A stretch of DNA of 64,000 nucleotides from Elusimicrobiota bacterium (GTDB lineage: Bacteria > CG03 > SLGR01 > JAGXOG01). The position numbers were made by a program, and so were the translations under genes. The stretch is from the NCBI GenBank assembly GCA_051745145.1, contig JBNJDT010000003.1:1-64000 (forward strand), read 5' to 3'. The notes under the pieces were generated by a model. That model was not told the DNA's origin. It searched no databases and saw nothing but the letters and a program-made list of their open reading frames with translations. How positions within the stretch are numbered: position 1 is the stretch's first letter; the number at the start of each line of letters is the position of its first letter. Below, piece by piece: positions 38,134 to 48,410 of the stretch.

Positions 38134-39555
38134 TTAAAAATAAAGGTCCCTGGCCCCGTTTTTGGTCTTTTCGTAATATTTTTTAAATCTAGAGTAGATA
38201 TCGGGCATATCTTTCTTAATCTCCTCTATCTCCTTTTGGATAAGCTTTTCCCCTTTTTTTCGGGTCTCTTCAGTGGCAAAATCATCCAGCCACTCCCGGA
38301 AAGTAAGGACTGCGTTGAGTTTGCAGTATTCACTCTCCTGCCCGCACCTTAACATTTTCATTATGTTTTTACCTGTTCTCCCGCACCTGTATCCGGCCGT
38401 ACAGTAAGAAGTGATAAACCCCCGGTCTATAAGCTCCCGGGTAACCTGATCCAGACTCCGGGTATCCCCCAGCAGAAACTGCTGTCTGTCCTCTTTTTGT
38501 CCGGCCGAAGAATTATAGCCCCCCAGACCTATCCTGGTAGAAGCGTCGGTCTGGGTTATACCCCTGTATAACGCCCGGCTTCTTATGCCTGCCGGCTCTC
38601 TGGCGGTTATTATAAGCCCGGTGTAGGGTACGGCCAGTCTCAATACGGTTATAAGTTTAAGAAAATTGCTGTCCGATACCTGATATTTTGAATTTTTAGT
38701 TAAAGGGGCATTCATAGCCGGCTCCAGGCGGGGAAAAGATATGGTGTGGGGCCCAATCCCGAATTTATATTCCAGCTCCAGAGAATGACAGACCAGTCCC
38801 ATAACCTCAAATTTCCAGTCATAAAGTCCAAATAACGCTCCTATACCCACATCGTCTATCCCGGCCTTAAAGGCCCGGTGCATACACTCCAGTCTCCACC
38901 TGTAATCGGATTTCTGGGTCTGCCGGGGATGTACTTTCCGGTAAGTATCCCGGTGATAGGTTTCCTGAAACACCTGGTAGGTTCCGATTCCCACTTCTTT
39001 AAGCTCCCTCAATTCCTCCACTGTCAGGGGGGGAGCATTGACGTTCACCCTCCGTATTTCGCCGGTGCTTCGGGGGCCGGTCTTAACTTGATAAATTGCC
39101 CGGATGGTCTTTTTCATATATTCAATATCCGTTTCTGGATGCTCCCCGTAAACCACAATTAATCTTTTATGTCCTATTTCACCGGCCAGCTTTTCTACCT
39201 CTTTCTTTACTTCTTTTGTAGATAGAGCCCGTCTTTTAACCTCCCGGTTGGATTTTCTAAAGGCGCAGTAAAGACAATCATTTACACACAGGTTGCTTAT
39301 ATAAAGTGGGGCAAAAGTAACTATCCGGTTATCATAAACTTTCTTTTTTATCTTTAAAGCCGCCTCTTTCATCTCCTCTAAAAGCCGGGGATCATTTACA
39401 TTTATAAGGGCTGCGGTCTGGGATGGAGACAGAGATTCAAGGGCCAGAGATTTTTTTATTATATCCCTTATCCTCGATGGATCGGGATTCTTATTCTTTG
39501 CCAATTTGCTGCGTATAAGATCTCCGTCTATAAAATTTCTTATTTTTTGATTCAT
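38134..39555 (-). CDS. hydG: [FeFe]-hydrogenase maturase radical SAM HydG
   Basis: FAPLY.SN.CVNDCLYC, FQETYH, GPHTISFPR, auxiliary Cx5Cx19C. Start at MNQK after GGAG. Confidence 0.95.
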   Translation of the reverse strand: MNQKIRNFIDGDLIRSKLAKNKNPDPSRIRDIIKKSLALESLSPSQTAALINVNDPRLLEEMKEAALKIKKKVYDNRIVTFAPLYISNLCVNDCLYCAFRKSNREVKRRALSTKEVKKEVEKLAGEIGHKRLIVVYGEHPETDIEYMKKTIRAIYQVKTGPRSTGEIRRVNVNAPPLTVEELRELKEVGIGTYQVFQETYHRDTYRKVHPRQTQKSDYRWRLECMHRAFKAGIDDVGIGALFGLYDWKFEVMGLVCHSLELEYKFGIGPHTISFPRLEPAMNAPLTKNSKYQVSDSNFLKLITVLRLAVPYTGLIITAREPAGIRSRALYRGITQTDASTRIGLGGYNSSAGQKEDRQQFLLGDTRSLDQVTRELIDRGFITSYCTAGYRCGRTGKNIMKMLRCGQESEYCKLNAVLTFREWLDDFATEETRKKGEKLIQKEIEEIKKDMPDIYSRFKKYYEKTKNGARDLYF

Positions 39556-39559
39556 TTCT

Positions 39560-40807
39560 CTATTCTCCTTCCCCGCTTTTTTTGAAAATATTAAGAGCTT
39601 CTTCAAATGGCGAAAGCACTCTTTCTAAAACCCCGTGAACCCGGGATATAAGAACCCCGTAATTGGTAACCGGTACTCCCTGGCTTTTAGCTTTTTGAAT
39701 CCTGGATAACATAAATCTCCGGTTTATCATACATCCCCCGCAGTGAACGATAATACTGTATTTTTCTAAATTATCGGGATAATTTTTTCCGGTGCTTACA
39801 TCGAATTTCAAATTTTTTCCGGTATACTTTCTTATCCACCGGGGAATCTTAACCCTTCCTATATCATCTTCAGTGGGATGGTGGGTACAGGCTTCGGCAA
39901 TTAAAACCCGATCATCATCTTTTAAATTATCCACCTGAGCTACCCCCCTTACCATCTCGGATAAGTCCCCCTTGTTCCTGGAGAATATTATAGAAAAAGT
40001 AGTGCAGGGTATATTATCCGGAGTCTCTTCTACCATTTTATCAACCACCTGGGAATCGCATATAACTATCTGCGGGGATCCGGTTATCCGGTCAAGCACC
40101 TTGGGATATTCAGTCTCTTTGGTAACCACCACAGAAGAGTCGCTGTCTAATATATCCCTTATGGTCTGAACCTGGGGTAATATTAACCGTCCTTTGGGGG
40201 CGGCTATATCTATGGGCGTTATAAGTACTCCCATACCCCCTTTCTCTAACAGGTCGCCGGCAAGGGGCGGGGGAAAGATAAAATCTTCCGGACATATGTT
40301 TATCAATATATCCTTAAAATCAGTGGTAAATTTATCCCGGCCGGCGGCCTCCTTGCTGCTGCCGGTCATAACGTTTTCCGTCTCTTTACCGATTTTTTCT
40401 AAAAATTCCGGTGACGGTTTCTCTAAATCTATCTTATTTACAACAACCATCAGGGGAATATCCCGGTGGCCGGCACGCCGGACTATGTCCTGTTCATATT
40501 TTCCCCACTGTCCGGGCGTGGTTATCAAAACTATAACATCGGCCCGGTCAATTATCTTCCGGGTACCGGTCAGCCTTTTCCCGGCAAGCGAAGATTTATC
40601 GTCTATACCTGCAGTATCTAAAAAGAGAACCGGCCCCAGGGGACGAAGCTCCATCTTCTTTTCCACCACATCCGTAGTTGTCCCCGGCTTAGAATCAGTT
40701 ATAGCCGAATTCTGGCCGGTAACTAAATTCATAAAGCTGGATTTCCCCACGTTCATCCGGCCGGTTAGAGCAATATGTAATCTTACGGAATCTGGTGCTT
40801 TTTTCAT
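39560..40807 (-). CDS. hydF: [FeFe]-hydrogenase maturation GTPase HydF
   Basis: G..NVGKSS, GTTTD, DTAG, NKID, PKGRLILPQ, CTHH...HCGGC. Confidence 0.96.
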   Translation of the reverse strand: MKKAPDSVRLHIALTGRMNVGKSSFMNLVTGQNSAITDSKPGTTTDVVEKKMELRPLGPVLFLDTAGIDDKSSLAGKRLTGTRKIIDRADVIVLITTPGQWGKYEQDIVRRAGHRDIPLMVVVNKIDLEKPSPEFLEKIGKETENVMTGSSKEAAGRDKFTTDFKDILINICPEDFIFPPPLAGDLLEKGGMGVLITPIDIAAPKGRLILPQVQTIRDILDSDSSVVVTKETEYPKVLDRITGSPQIVICDSQVVDKMVEETPDNIPCTTFSIIFSRNKGDLSEMVRGVAQVDNLKDDDRVLIAEACTHHPTEDDIGRVKIPRWIRKYTGKNLKFDVSTGKNYPDNLEKYSIIVHCGGCMINRRFMLSRIQKAKSQGVPVTNYGVLISRVHGVLERVLSPFEEALNIFKKSGEGE

Positions 40808-40814
40808 TTGCTTT

Positions 40815-40955
40815 CCCCTTACTTTTATCCTGACCGGTGCCCCATTTTACCGGGTACAAGAGTATTTACCTATCGTTTTTCTTTCCGGAAAAATATTTTA
40901 CTGTTACGGAGGGCACGGTAATTCATTCTAACTTTATCTTAACCCGGTGCTAAAA
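40815..40955 (-). pseudogene. Possible decayed TM1266-family 'iron-only hydrogenase system regulator' gene
   Basis: Frameshifted or stop-interrupted fragments RM-LPC..NIF and ND-VNTL-GKMG..SG-KVR echo the TM1266 pattern RxGxP...ND.I.ALSGKLG.I.GV.VK, in the hydA-hydF gap. Confidence 0.35.
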
Positions 40956-40956
40956 T

Positions 40957-42717
40957 TTATTTTTTATAGACAGGTCTTGCCTTATACTCGTTATGGAGCA
41001 ATTTTTCAGATTTTTTACCCAGCGGTTTATCCAAAAATTCTTCATAGAGCTTCTTTACATACGGGTTTTCATGGGAATATCTTATCTTATGTTCTTTATC
41101 GTCGTTATAAAGACCCCGGGCTCTCTCTTCTCTTAATTTATCATCCACCCCGTAAGGCTGTCCCCCTCCCCCGATGCAACCGCCGGGACAGGCCATTACC
41201 TCAATAAAATGGTAGGGGGTTTCCCGGCCCGCGGCTTTAGCTTCTTTTACCCTTTCTATCACAGTTTCGACATTCCCTATTCCGTGAGCTATAGCAGCCC
41301 GAACCTGCGTGCCGTCTATATCTATATTGGCCTCTTTTACCCCTTTTAACCCCCTCACTTCCTTGATTTCTACCTGCTTTAAATTTTTACCGGTAATAAA
41401 TTTATGAGACGTTCTTAAAGCTGCTTCCATTACTCCTCCCGTAGCTCCGAATATTACTCCGGCCCCGGTATATTCTCCGAGAATATGGTCCGGTTCTTCC
41501 CCGGGGAGGTGCTTAAACCTTATATCCGCCTGCCTTATCATCCGGGCCAGCTCCCGGGTGGTAAGAACCACATCCACATCCGGGTGGCCGGAAGCGGACA
41601 TCTCTTCGCTTCTTGTTATTTCATATTTTTTTGAAGTGCAGGGCATTATCGAGACCATATAAATATCCTCTGGATCTATACCTTTCTGTTTTGCGTAATA
41701 AGTTTTAGATAGCACTCCCAGTATCTGGTGGGGAGACTTACATGAAGAAAAATGTTCGATCATATCCGGATAATACTTTTCCATGTAATTTACCCAGGAG
41801 GGACAGCAGGTAGTTATAAGAGGCAGCCGGGCTTTATTATTTTGAAACTTTTCCTTAAATTCCGTGGCTTCTTCCATTATGGTAACATCGGCCCCGAAAC
41901 TTGTATCAAAGACCCCCTGGAAACCGAGCCGTTTTAATAGAGCGTACAGCTTTTTAGCCAGGTTGGTACCCGGAGGATAATAAAATTCCTCCCCGATTCC
42001 CACTCTTACTGCCGGGGCAATCTGGGCCACACAGTGTTTTTCCGGATCCATAAGAGCATCCCAGACTTTCCGGGTCTCATCGTATTCAAAGATTGCGCCG
42101 GTGGGACAGTGCGCGGAACACTGGCCGCATTTTATACACGGGGACTCGGCGAGCTCTATATCACCGCTGGAAGAAATCCGGGTGTAAAATCCTCTCTCTA
42201 AAAAAGAGAGAGCCCATACATCCTGCAACTGTTGACATACCTGTACGCATCTGCCGCACAGTATGCATTTCTCGGGAACCAGTTCAATCGCTTTTGTAGA
42301 ATTGTCCGCCGGTAAATCTCTTAATCTTTTTTCAAAAGACTCCTCTCTTATGCCGAAATCGGAGGCCAGGGACTGGAGTTCGCAGTTATTGTTCCGGCCG
42401 CAGGTCAAACAGTCGTCGGGGTGGTTGGAAAGAATAAGTTCAAGTATAGTTCTTCTTATACTTATTAATTCCGGATCCTGGGTAATAATATCCATCCCCT
42501 CCTGGAGAGGAGTGCAGCAGGCCCGGAAAATATTCCCGGAATCTCTCATTTTAACAACACATATCCCGCAACCGGCGGTAAAATCTAAATCCGAGTGTTT
42601 ACATAAAGTGGGAATACCCACGTGAACCTTTTTAGCAGCTTCTAATACAGTGGTCCCCTGTTTTACCTCTACATCTATCCCCGATATTTTTGCTTTTATT
42701 TTATTATTTACTGTCAT
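40957..42717 (-). CDS. hydA: NAD-dependent group A [FeFe]-hydrogenase catalytic subunit
   Basis: [2Fe-2S], HxxxCxxC and 2x[4Fe-4S] N-terminal domains; H-cluster motifs [32 protein letters not shown]. Confidence 0.96.
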   Translation of the reverse strand: MTVNNKIKAKISGIDVEVKQGTTVLEAAKKVHVGIPTLCKHSDLDFTAGCGICVVKMRDSGNIFRACCTPLQEGMDIITQDPELISIRRTILELILSNHPDDCLTCGRNNNCELQSLASDFGIREESFEKRLRDLPADNSTKAIELVPEKCILCGRCVQVCQQLQDVWALSFLERGFYTRISSSGDIELAESPCIKCGQCSAHCPTGAIFEYDETRKVWDALMDPEKHCVAQIAPAVRVGIGEEFYYPPGTNLAKKLYALLKRLGFQGVFDTSFGADVTIMEEATEFKEKFQNNKARLPLITTCCPSWVNYMEKYYPDMIEHFSSCKSPHQILGVLSKTYYAKQKGIDPEDIYMVSIMPCTSKKYEITRSEEMSASGHPDVDVVLTTRELARMIRQADIRFKHLPGEEPDHILGEYTGAGVIFGATGGVMEAALRTSHKFITGKNLKQVEIKEVRGLKGVKEANIDIDGTQVRAAIAHGIGNVETVIERVKEAKAAGRETPYHFIEVMACPGGCIGGGGQPYGVDDKLREERARGLYNDDKEHKIRYSHENPYVKKLYEEFLDKPLGKKSEKLLHNEYKARPVYKK

Positions 42718-44834
42718 TCTCTTATTATCGCTCCGAATTTACATACTTCAAAACACTCACCGCAGCCGGTACATTCTTCGGCTGAAATTGTATATCCCTC
42801 TTCCCTGTTTCCGGTTATGGCCCCTACCGGGCAATTCCGGGCGCAAAGATCGCATTTACGGCAGACCTGCTGGTCTATACTGTAGTCTAATAAATCTCCA
42901 CATTTTCCGGCTGCACACTTATTTTCAGTTATATGTTCTATATACTCCTCTTTAAAATACCGGAGGGTAGATTTAACCGGATTGGGCGCGGTCTGCCCCA
43001 GGCCGCAAAGCGATGCTTTAGCCAGGGTATGAGAAATTCTTTCAATTTTTTCCAGATCTTCTTTGACCCCGTCTCCCCGGGTAATCCGCTCTAATACATT
43101 CAGCAGCTGATACCCCCCTATCCGGCAGGGAATACATTTTCCGCAGGATTCATCGACACAAAATTTTAGGTAAAATTTAGCCACATCCACCATACAGTCA
43201 TCCCCGTCCATTACTATCATCCCCCCGGATCCCATTATAGAACCCAGCTCGGACAAACTTTCATAATCTACCGGGGTATCCAGATAATCACCGGGAATCA
43301 CCCCGCCGGAAGGCCCTCCGGTCTGGACCGCCTTAATTTTACTGTCCGAACCCAGCCCCCCTCCCAGATTATAAACTATTTCGTTAAGGGTAGTACCCAT
43401 GGGTACTTCCACCAGACCGGAATTTTTTACTTTACCGGTAAGGGCGAAAACTTTAGTCCCTTTTGATTTTTCCGTTCCAAACTTTGAAAACCAGTCTCCC
43501 CCGTTTACCAGTATCCGGGGGACATTAGCCAGAGTTTCTACGTTATTAATTACCGTAGGTTCCCCCCACAGTCCTTTTACCGAGGGATAGGGGGGTCTGG
43601 GTCTGGGGGTGCCTCTCTTCCCTTCTATGGAAGCTAAAAGAGCGGTCTCTTCCCCGCAGACAAAAGCTCCCGCCCCCAGCCGGACCTCTATATCAAAATC
43701 AAATCCGGACCCTAATATGTTTTCTCCCAAAATATTATAATCCCCGGCCTGATCGATGGCCCGGTAAATTCTCTTTATAGCCAGGGGGTATTCCGCTCTT
43801 ATGTAAATAAAACCCTTATTGGCCCCCACCGCCATACCCGCAATTATCATGCCCTCTAAAATAGAATGGGGGTCCCCTTCTAAGATACTCCGGTCCATGT
43901 AGGCCCCGGGGTCCCCCTCATCCCCGTTACATACTATATATTTTGTCCCGCTTTCCATCTTCCGGGCAAACTCCCATTTTCTCCAGGTAGGATACCCCCC
44001 TCCGCCTCTTCCCCGGAGTCCGGAAATTTTCAGTTCTTCTATAATATTTTCTCCGGCCAGCGCTTTTTCCAGACCTTTATAGCCCCCGGTCCCGATGTAA
44101 TCATTAATATTTTCCGGATTTATTTTGCCGCAGTTTTTAAGCACAACTTTTTCATACTTGGCTTCCTTTTCTTCTAAAATCAAACTGGATATTTTTTTAT
44201 CGTTAAGTACTGTTTTTTCCACTATACCGGGAATATCTTCTTTTTTTATACCGGTATAAAAAATATTATCCGGCCATATCTTTAGGGAAATACCTTTATT
44301 GTAAATATCCAACACTTCGGTCTTTACAATCTGCATTCGGTCCCTAATATTTTTATCCCTTATTTCTCTTCTGAAAATTTCCAAGTACTTATCAATATTT
44401 TCACCATTTTCAACGCCTGTATTTTTTATGAAAATAATCTTTTTATCTCTTTCTTTTTCAGGTAAATTTCCGGCATCTTTTAAGGATAATCCCTGCTCAG
44501 AAGAATAAACGTGGTCTTGTATAATCTCTTTGTTATGGTAATGCCTGGATATTATATCCCCGGCAACTTCCTTATCCACATCCATATAGACAACTTTGGG
44601 CATCCCCTCGCCTATAACTTCCACAATCGGTTCGGCATAGCAGGCCCCCAGGCACCCGCTCTTTTTAAGTTCAATATTTAGTTCATTTTCAGCTATCTTA
44701 CTCTCTAATTTCTCATAAACCTCACCGGCACCGGCCGCTATACCGCAGCTGTTCATCCCCACAATTACAGTATTTTTCCGGGCGGTCTTTTTCTCTTTCC
44801 GTATATCTTTTATTTTTTTCAGGGTTTTATGCAT
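42714..44834 (-). CDS. hydB: Hydrogenase diaphorase subunit (NuoF-like) with fused N-terminal thioredoxin-like domains
   Basis: [46 protein letters not shown]-terminal 2x[4Fe-4S]. Confidence 0.93.
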   Translation of the reverse strand: MHKTLKKIKDIRKEKKTARKNTVIVGMNSCGIAAGAGEVYEKLESKIAENELNIELKKSGCLGACYAEPIVEVIGEGMPKVVYMDVDKEVAGDIISRHYHNKEIIQDHVYSSEQGLSLKDAGNLPEKERDKKIIFIKNTGVENGENIDKYLEIFRREIRDKNIRDRMQIVKTEVLDIYNKGISLKIWPDNIFYTGIKKEDIPGIVEKTVLNDKKISSLILEEKEAKYEKVVLKNCGKINPENINDYIGTGGYKGLEKALAGENIIEELKISGLRGRGGGGYPTWRKWEFARKMESGTKYIVCNGDEGDPGAYMDRSILEGDPHSILEGMIIAGMAVGANKGFIYIRAEYPLAIKRIYRAIDQAGDYNILGENILGSGFDFDIEVRLGAGAFVCGEETALLASIEGKRGTPRPRPPYPSVKGLWGEPTVINNVETLANVPRILVNGGDWFSKFGTEKSKGTKVFALTGKVKNSGLVEVPMGTTLNEIVYNLGGGLGSDSKIKAVQTGGPSGGVIPGDYLDTPVDYESLSELGSIMGSGGMIVMDGDDCMVDVAKFYLKFCVDESCGKCIPCRIGGYQLLNVLERITRGDGVKEDLEKIERISHTLAKASLCGLGQTAPNPVKSTLRYFKEEYIEHITENKCAAGKCGDLLDYSIDQQVCRKCDLCARNCPVGAITGNREEGYTISAEECTGCGECFEVCKFGAIIRE

Positions 44835-45306
44835 TTTTCACCTTTTCTTTTTTAGTATACCGGGAAAGTATATCCGGTATATCCTCTTTTTCAACTTTAC
44901 CGTAAACTTTTTCATCTATGGTAACCACGGGGGCCAGGCCGCAGCAGCCAAGACACCTTACTACATTTAACTGAAACAACCCGTCTTCGGTGGTCTCCCC
45001 TTCCTTTATATTTAAAATCTCCTCAAATTTTCTTAACAGATCCCCGGCCCCCTTAAGATAACAGGCCGTACCCATACAGATAGAAATGCTGTGTTCTCCA
45101 GGAGGTTCGAGCTTGAAATAATTGTAGAACGTAAGAACCTCGTATATCCGGGCCAAAGGGACATCCAGCATTTGAGCCAGTACCATAGAAACATCCCTGG
45201 GTACATAACCGTACTTATTCTGGATTTCATGGAAGACCATAATAAGGTTTCCCTTTTTATCCTTCCATTTATCCACTATTTTTCTTAACTCTTGTTTTTT
45301 TTCCAT
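44827..45306 (-). CDS. hydC: Hydrogenase [2Fe-2S] subunit (NuoE-like)
   Basis: TFY..F, CMGTAC, RCLGCC..AP. Confidence 0.93.
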   Translation of the reverse strand: MEKKQELRKIVDKWKDKKGNLIMVFHEIQNKYGYVPRDVSMVLAQMLDVPLARIYEVLTFYNYFKLEPPGEHSISICMGTACYLKGAGDLLRKFEEILNIKEGETTEDGLFQLNVVRCLGCCGLAPVVTIDEKVYGKVEKEDIPDILSRYTKKEKVKNA

Positions 45307-45328
45307 ATTTATTGTTCCTTTTTAATAC

Positions 45329-45346
45329 TTGTGAAAAATTTCACAA
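45329..45346. promoter_or_regulatory. Rex (redox-sensing repressor) operator upstream of hydC
   Basis: TTGTGAAAAATTTCACAA: perfect 7-bp arms TTGTGAA-W4-TTCACAA, between the putative promoter (TTGAAA 45389-45384, TATATT 45367-45362) and the hydC start. Confidence 0.85.
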
Positions 45347-45434
45347 ACTTTATTTACAAACAATATAACAATTTTAAATATAATTTCAAATTTTTTTACA
45401 GCTGGAGTAACTGTTAGTTCTAAATCAATATTAT

Positions 45435-46709
45435 TCAAGTGGTCGGTAAAAAAATTTTCACTTTGGTTACCCGGGTTGGAGAAGCTCCGGTTACTCTGAT
45501 TTTTACCCCGTTGTAATCTATCTCTTCCCCTTCTTCGGGGACCCTCTCCAGCTCTCCGGTAATAAAACCTCCCAGAGAATCATAAGTATCTTCAGGTAAA
45601 TTAAGTCCTATTTTATCATTAATCTTATCCAGATCTTCCACGGCGTCCACCAGCCAGGTATTTTTCCCAACCCTTTTTATAGTTTTTTTATAGATATCAT
45701 ATTCGTCAAATATTTCCCCGGTGATCTCTTCTACTATATCCTCAATAGTTATCAGTCCCGTGGGAACACCGTATTCATCAACTACTATAGCCAGATGTTC
45801 GCTCCCCGTTTTAAACTGTTTTAATAAATCGTCAACTGATTTTTCTTCGGGTATATAATAGGGTTCTCTCAATAATTCTTCAACAGAAATATCCTGGTTA
45901 TCTATCAGTTCGGACAAAAGATCCCTTACATATAGAATACCTATAATATTATCTATATGGTCCCGGTAGACCGGTATTCTGGAGTGTCCTAAATCAATCG
46001 CCTTCTGGATAAGAGAATTAGCTTCTCCCTCTATATCCAGGGCTTTCATATCTACTTTGGGAACCATAATCTCCCTGGCTACCGTATCTCCGAATTCTAT
46101 AATCTGGGACAGCATTCTCCTTTCGTTTTTTCCCAGAACGCCCTCTTTTTCCCCCACATCGATAAGTCCTTTCAATTCCTCAACGGCAAACAACGGATTG
46201 TCTTTTATGGACTTGCCCCCGAATATCTTTATAATCTGATTGGAGATAAACAAAAATATATTGACTACCGGTTTTAATACGGTAGTTATTATAATTAAAG
46301 GACCGATTATTCTTCTTACCACCTTCAGAGAATTCATCCGGGCATAGGCCTTGGGAAGTATTTCTACAAATAAAAGAACCAGAAAAATAGCTGCAAATGT
46401 ACTCACCGTTGTGGCCAGCACCGTCGAAAAATTAAATTCCCGGCTCAAATCCAGAGCTATTGAAGTACTCATAACAGAAACTCCCACCACGCTTACGGCG
46501 GTCCCGATTAAAATAGTAGTCAGCAGACGGTTGGGTTCTTTCTGCCACATTTTTAGTTTTTTCAAACCTTCTATCTTTATCAATTTCAGAATCTGGGATT
46601 TTCTCAATATAGTTAAAGCGGTTTCCGATGAAGTAAAAAAAGTAGCCAGGGTTAGCAAACTTACAACAACAGCCAGTTTGATTAATATATTAATTAATAT
46701 CGTACTCAT
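45435..46709 (-). CDS. CNNM/HlyC-CorC family transporter (DUF21-CBS-CorC_HlyC)
   Basis: FF..SETA, L.TILIG, E..PK, HSRIPVY, VDEYG..G...EDI.EEI.GEI, C-terminal CorC domain. Confidence 0.9.
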   Translation of the reverse strand: MSTILINILIKLAVVVSLLTLATFFTSSETALTILRKSQILKLIKIEGLKKLKMWQKEPNRLLTTILIGTAVSVVGVSVMSTSIALDLSREFNFSTVLATTVSTFAAIFLVLLFVEILPKAYARMNSLKVVRRIIGPLIIITTVLKPVVNIFLFISNQIIKIFGGKSIKDNPLFAVEELKGLIDVGEKEGVLGKNERRMLSQIIEFGDTVAREIMVPKVDMKALDIEGEANSLIQKAIDLGHSRIPVYRDHIDNIIGILYVRDLLSELIDNQDISVEELLREPYYIPEEKSVDDLLKQFKTGSEHLAIVVDEYGVPTGLITIEDIVEEITGEIFDEYDIYKKTIKRVGKNTWLVDAVEDLDKINDKIGLNLPEDTYDSLGGFITGELERVPEEGEEIDYNGVKIRVTGASPTRVTKVKIFLPTT

Positions 46710-47673
46710 CGTATATCTCCCCCACTATCTCTTCTATTAAATCTTCAACAGCCACCAGCCCCAGTAATCTCCCATTTTCCTTTACAAGAGAACAGTGAAT
46801 TCTTTTTTTCCGTAATTCCTGGAACAAACTCTGACAGGTCCGGTCTGTATCCCTGGTAATATGAGGTTTTCTTATTATCTTTTCAAAATTCAACTTGTCA
46901 AAGTGGTTTAACTCCCCGATAACATCTTTAATATAAATAAATCCTTCTATATTATCCAAGTTTTTTTTGTATGCCGGGATTCTTGAAAATTTGCTGTCTA
47001 AAAGTTTTTTCATGATTTTCCCGTATTTCCAGTTTAAATTTACTCCGTATATTTTTTTCCTGGGAATCATTACCTGCCCCACGCTCTTCTGATTTAAAAA
47101 TAATACTTTCCCCATCATTCTGGAAAAATCTTTCTCCATATGTCCGTTTCTTTCCATATTTTCCAGGGCCAGGCGCAACTCTTTCCGGGACACAGTTTTT
47201 TTATCTGCTTTTCTCCGGGAGCCGGCGATAGAAAATGCCAATCGGTTTAGTCCTTTTATTATAATTTTAATTAAAAAATAAAATTTTATAAATAAGGGAT
47301 AAAACCGGCTCACAATTTTATCCGGATGAGTATTGGCAAAGGTTTTGGGGATTATCTCACCTAAAACTAAAATCATAAAAGAAGAACTAACAATTGAAGT
47401 TGTTTCCACCCAGTTTAACGGAAAACCGTGGGTTTGAACTAACCGGGTTAATAATACGGTCACTATGGCTGAAAAAATTATATTTACAAAATTATTTCCT
47501 ATAAGTATACCGGCTATTATATCGGCCGGATTTTTAAGCCACTCGGTGAGGCTGGTAATCCTCTTTCTGGACCAGTTTCTTATATTGATTTCCCCCAGAG
47601 AGAGAAGACCGGTCTCCAGTGAAGAAAAAAAAGCAGATCCGCAAATCAGTAAAAACAGAATTATATATATCAT
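46690..47673 (-). CDS. CNNM family protein (DUF21-CBS, no CorC_HlyC domain)
   Basis: SAFFS..ET, ILIGNNFVN, GEIIPK, FSRIP, EDLIEEIVGEIYDE, then stop. Confidence 0.88.
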   Translation of the reverse strand: MIYIILFLLICGSAFFSSLETGLLSLGEINIRNWSRKRITSLTEWLKNPADIIAGILIGNNFVNIIFSAIVTVLLTRLVQTHGFPLNWVETTSIVSSSFMILVLGEIIPKTFANTHPDKIVSRFYPLFIKFYFLIKIIIKGLNRLAFSIAGSRRKADKKTVSRKELRLALENMERNGHMEKDFSRMMGKVLFLNQKSVGQVMIPRKKIYGVNLNWKYGKIMKKLLDSKFSRIPAYKKNLDNIEGFIYIKDVIGELNHFDKLNFEKIIRKPHITRDTDRTCQSLFQELRKKRIHCSLVKENGRLLGLVAVEDLIEEIVGEIYDEYDIN

Positions 47674-48410
47674 AATTTAACCAGTATCTGAAAAACAAAA
47701 GTGGTCAGAGTTAATCCTAATATTCCTCCCACTATAACTTCTCCTACAGTGTGAAATTTCCCCGAAACCCGGGATTCGGCAACCAGTAATACCATAAACA
47801 GAGCCAGCAGCAGCATATATATATTACCTGAAGCAAAAAATATAATCGCTGCCAGCGAGGAAGCCAAAGCTGTATGTAAACTGGGCATCCCCCCCACCAC
47901 CCGGGCCCTTTTACCGCTGACAGCTTTTATAAATAAAGTTACCACTATTACCAAAAATATCACCACTCCGGTCAAATACGGGGGATAGGCGGTGATCTTT
48001 TCAAGAACAAAGGATTTTTCAAAAACATGGAGGACCTCCCCCCTTATAAATATAAGGTATCCTATAATAGCGGCAGATATTGAAGAAAAAAGAACCGCGC
48101 CGGCGGCCAGATCTTTTATTATTTTTGCTATAGGATGGTGCTGTTCGGTAATAAGATCAACTATAAGTTCAACTCCCGTATTTAAAATCTCAGTTATGAG
48201 AACTATAGAAATCGTAAGAACAAGTACAATTATCTCCACCCGGCTGAGATTTAAAAAAAGTGAAAACAAGAGAACCATAACAGCCACAATAAAATGGATA
48301 CGCATATTACGCTGTGTTTTTACAGCATACAAAAGGCCGTCAATAGCATAATTAAAACTTTTTATTATACCCGGTTTTTCAATATCTTTCTTTTGATCTT
48401 TTCTTGACAT
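47670..48410 (-). CDS. dgkA: Diacylglycerol/undecaprenol kinase fused to a PAP2-like domain
   Basis: SF.YA..G, QRNMRIH, E..NT..E...D, KD.AAGAV; C-terminal GMPS.H and SRV...H...EV..G. Confidence 0.88.
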   Translation of the reverse strand: MSRKDQKKDIEKPGIIKSFNYAIDGLLYAVKTQRNMRIHFIVAVMVLLFSLFLNLSRVEIIVLVLTISIVLITEILNTGVELIVDLITEQHHPIAKIIKDLAAGAVLFSSISAAIIGYLIFIRGEVLHVFEKSFVLEKITAYPPYLTGVVIFLVIVVTLFIKAVSGKRARVVGGMPSLHTALASSLAAIIFFASGNIYMLLLALFMVLLVAESRVSGKFHTVGEVIVGGILGLTLTTFVFQILVKL

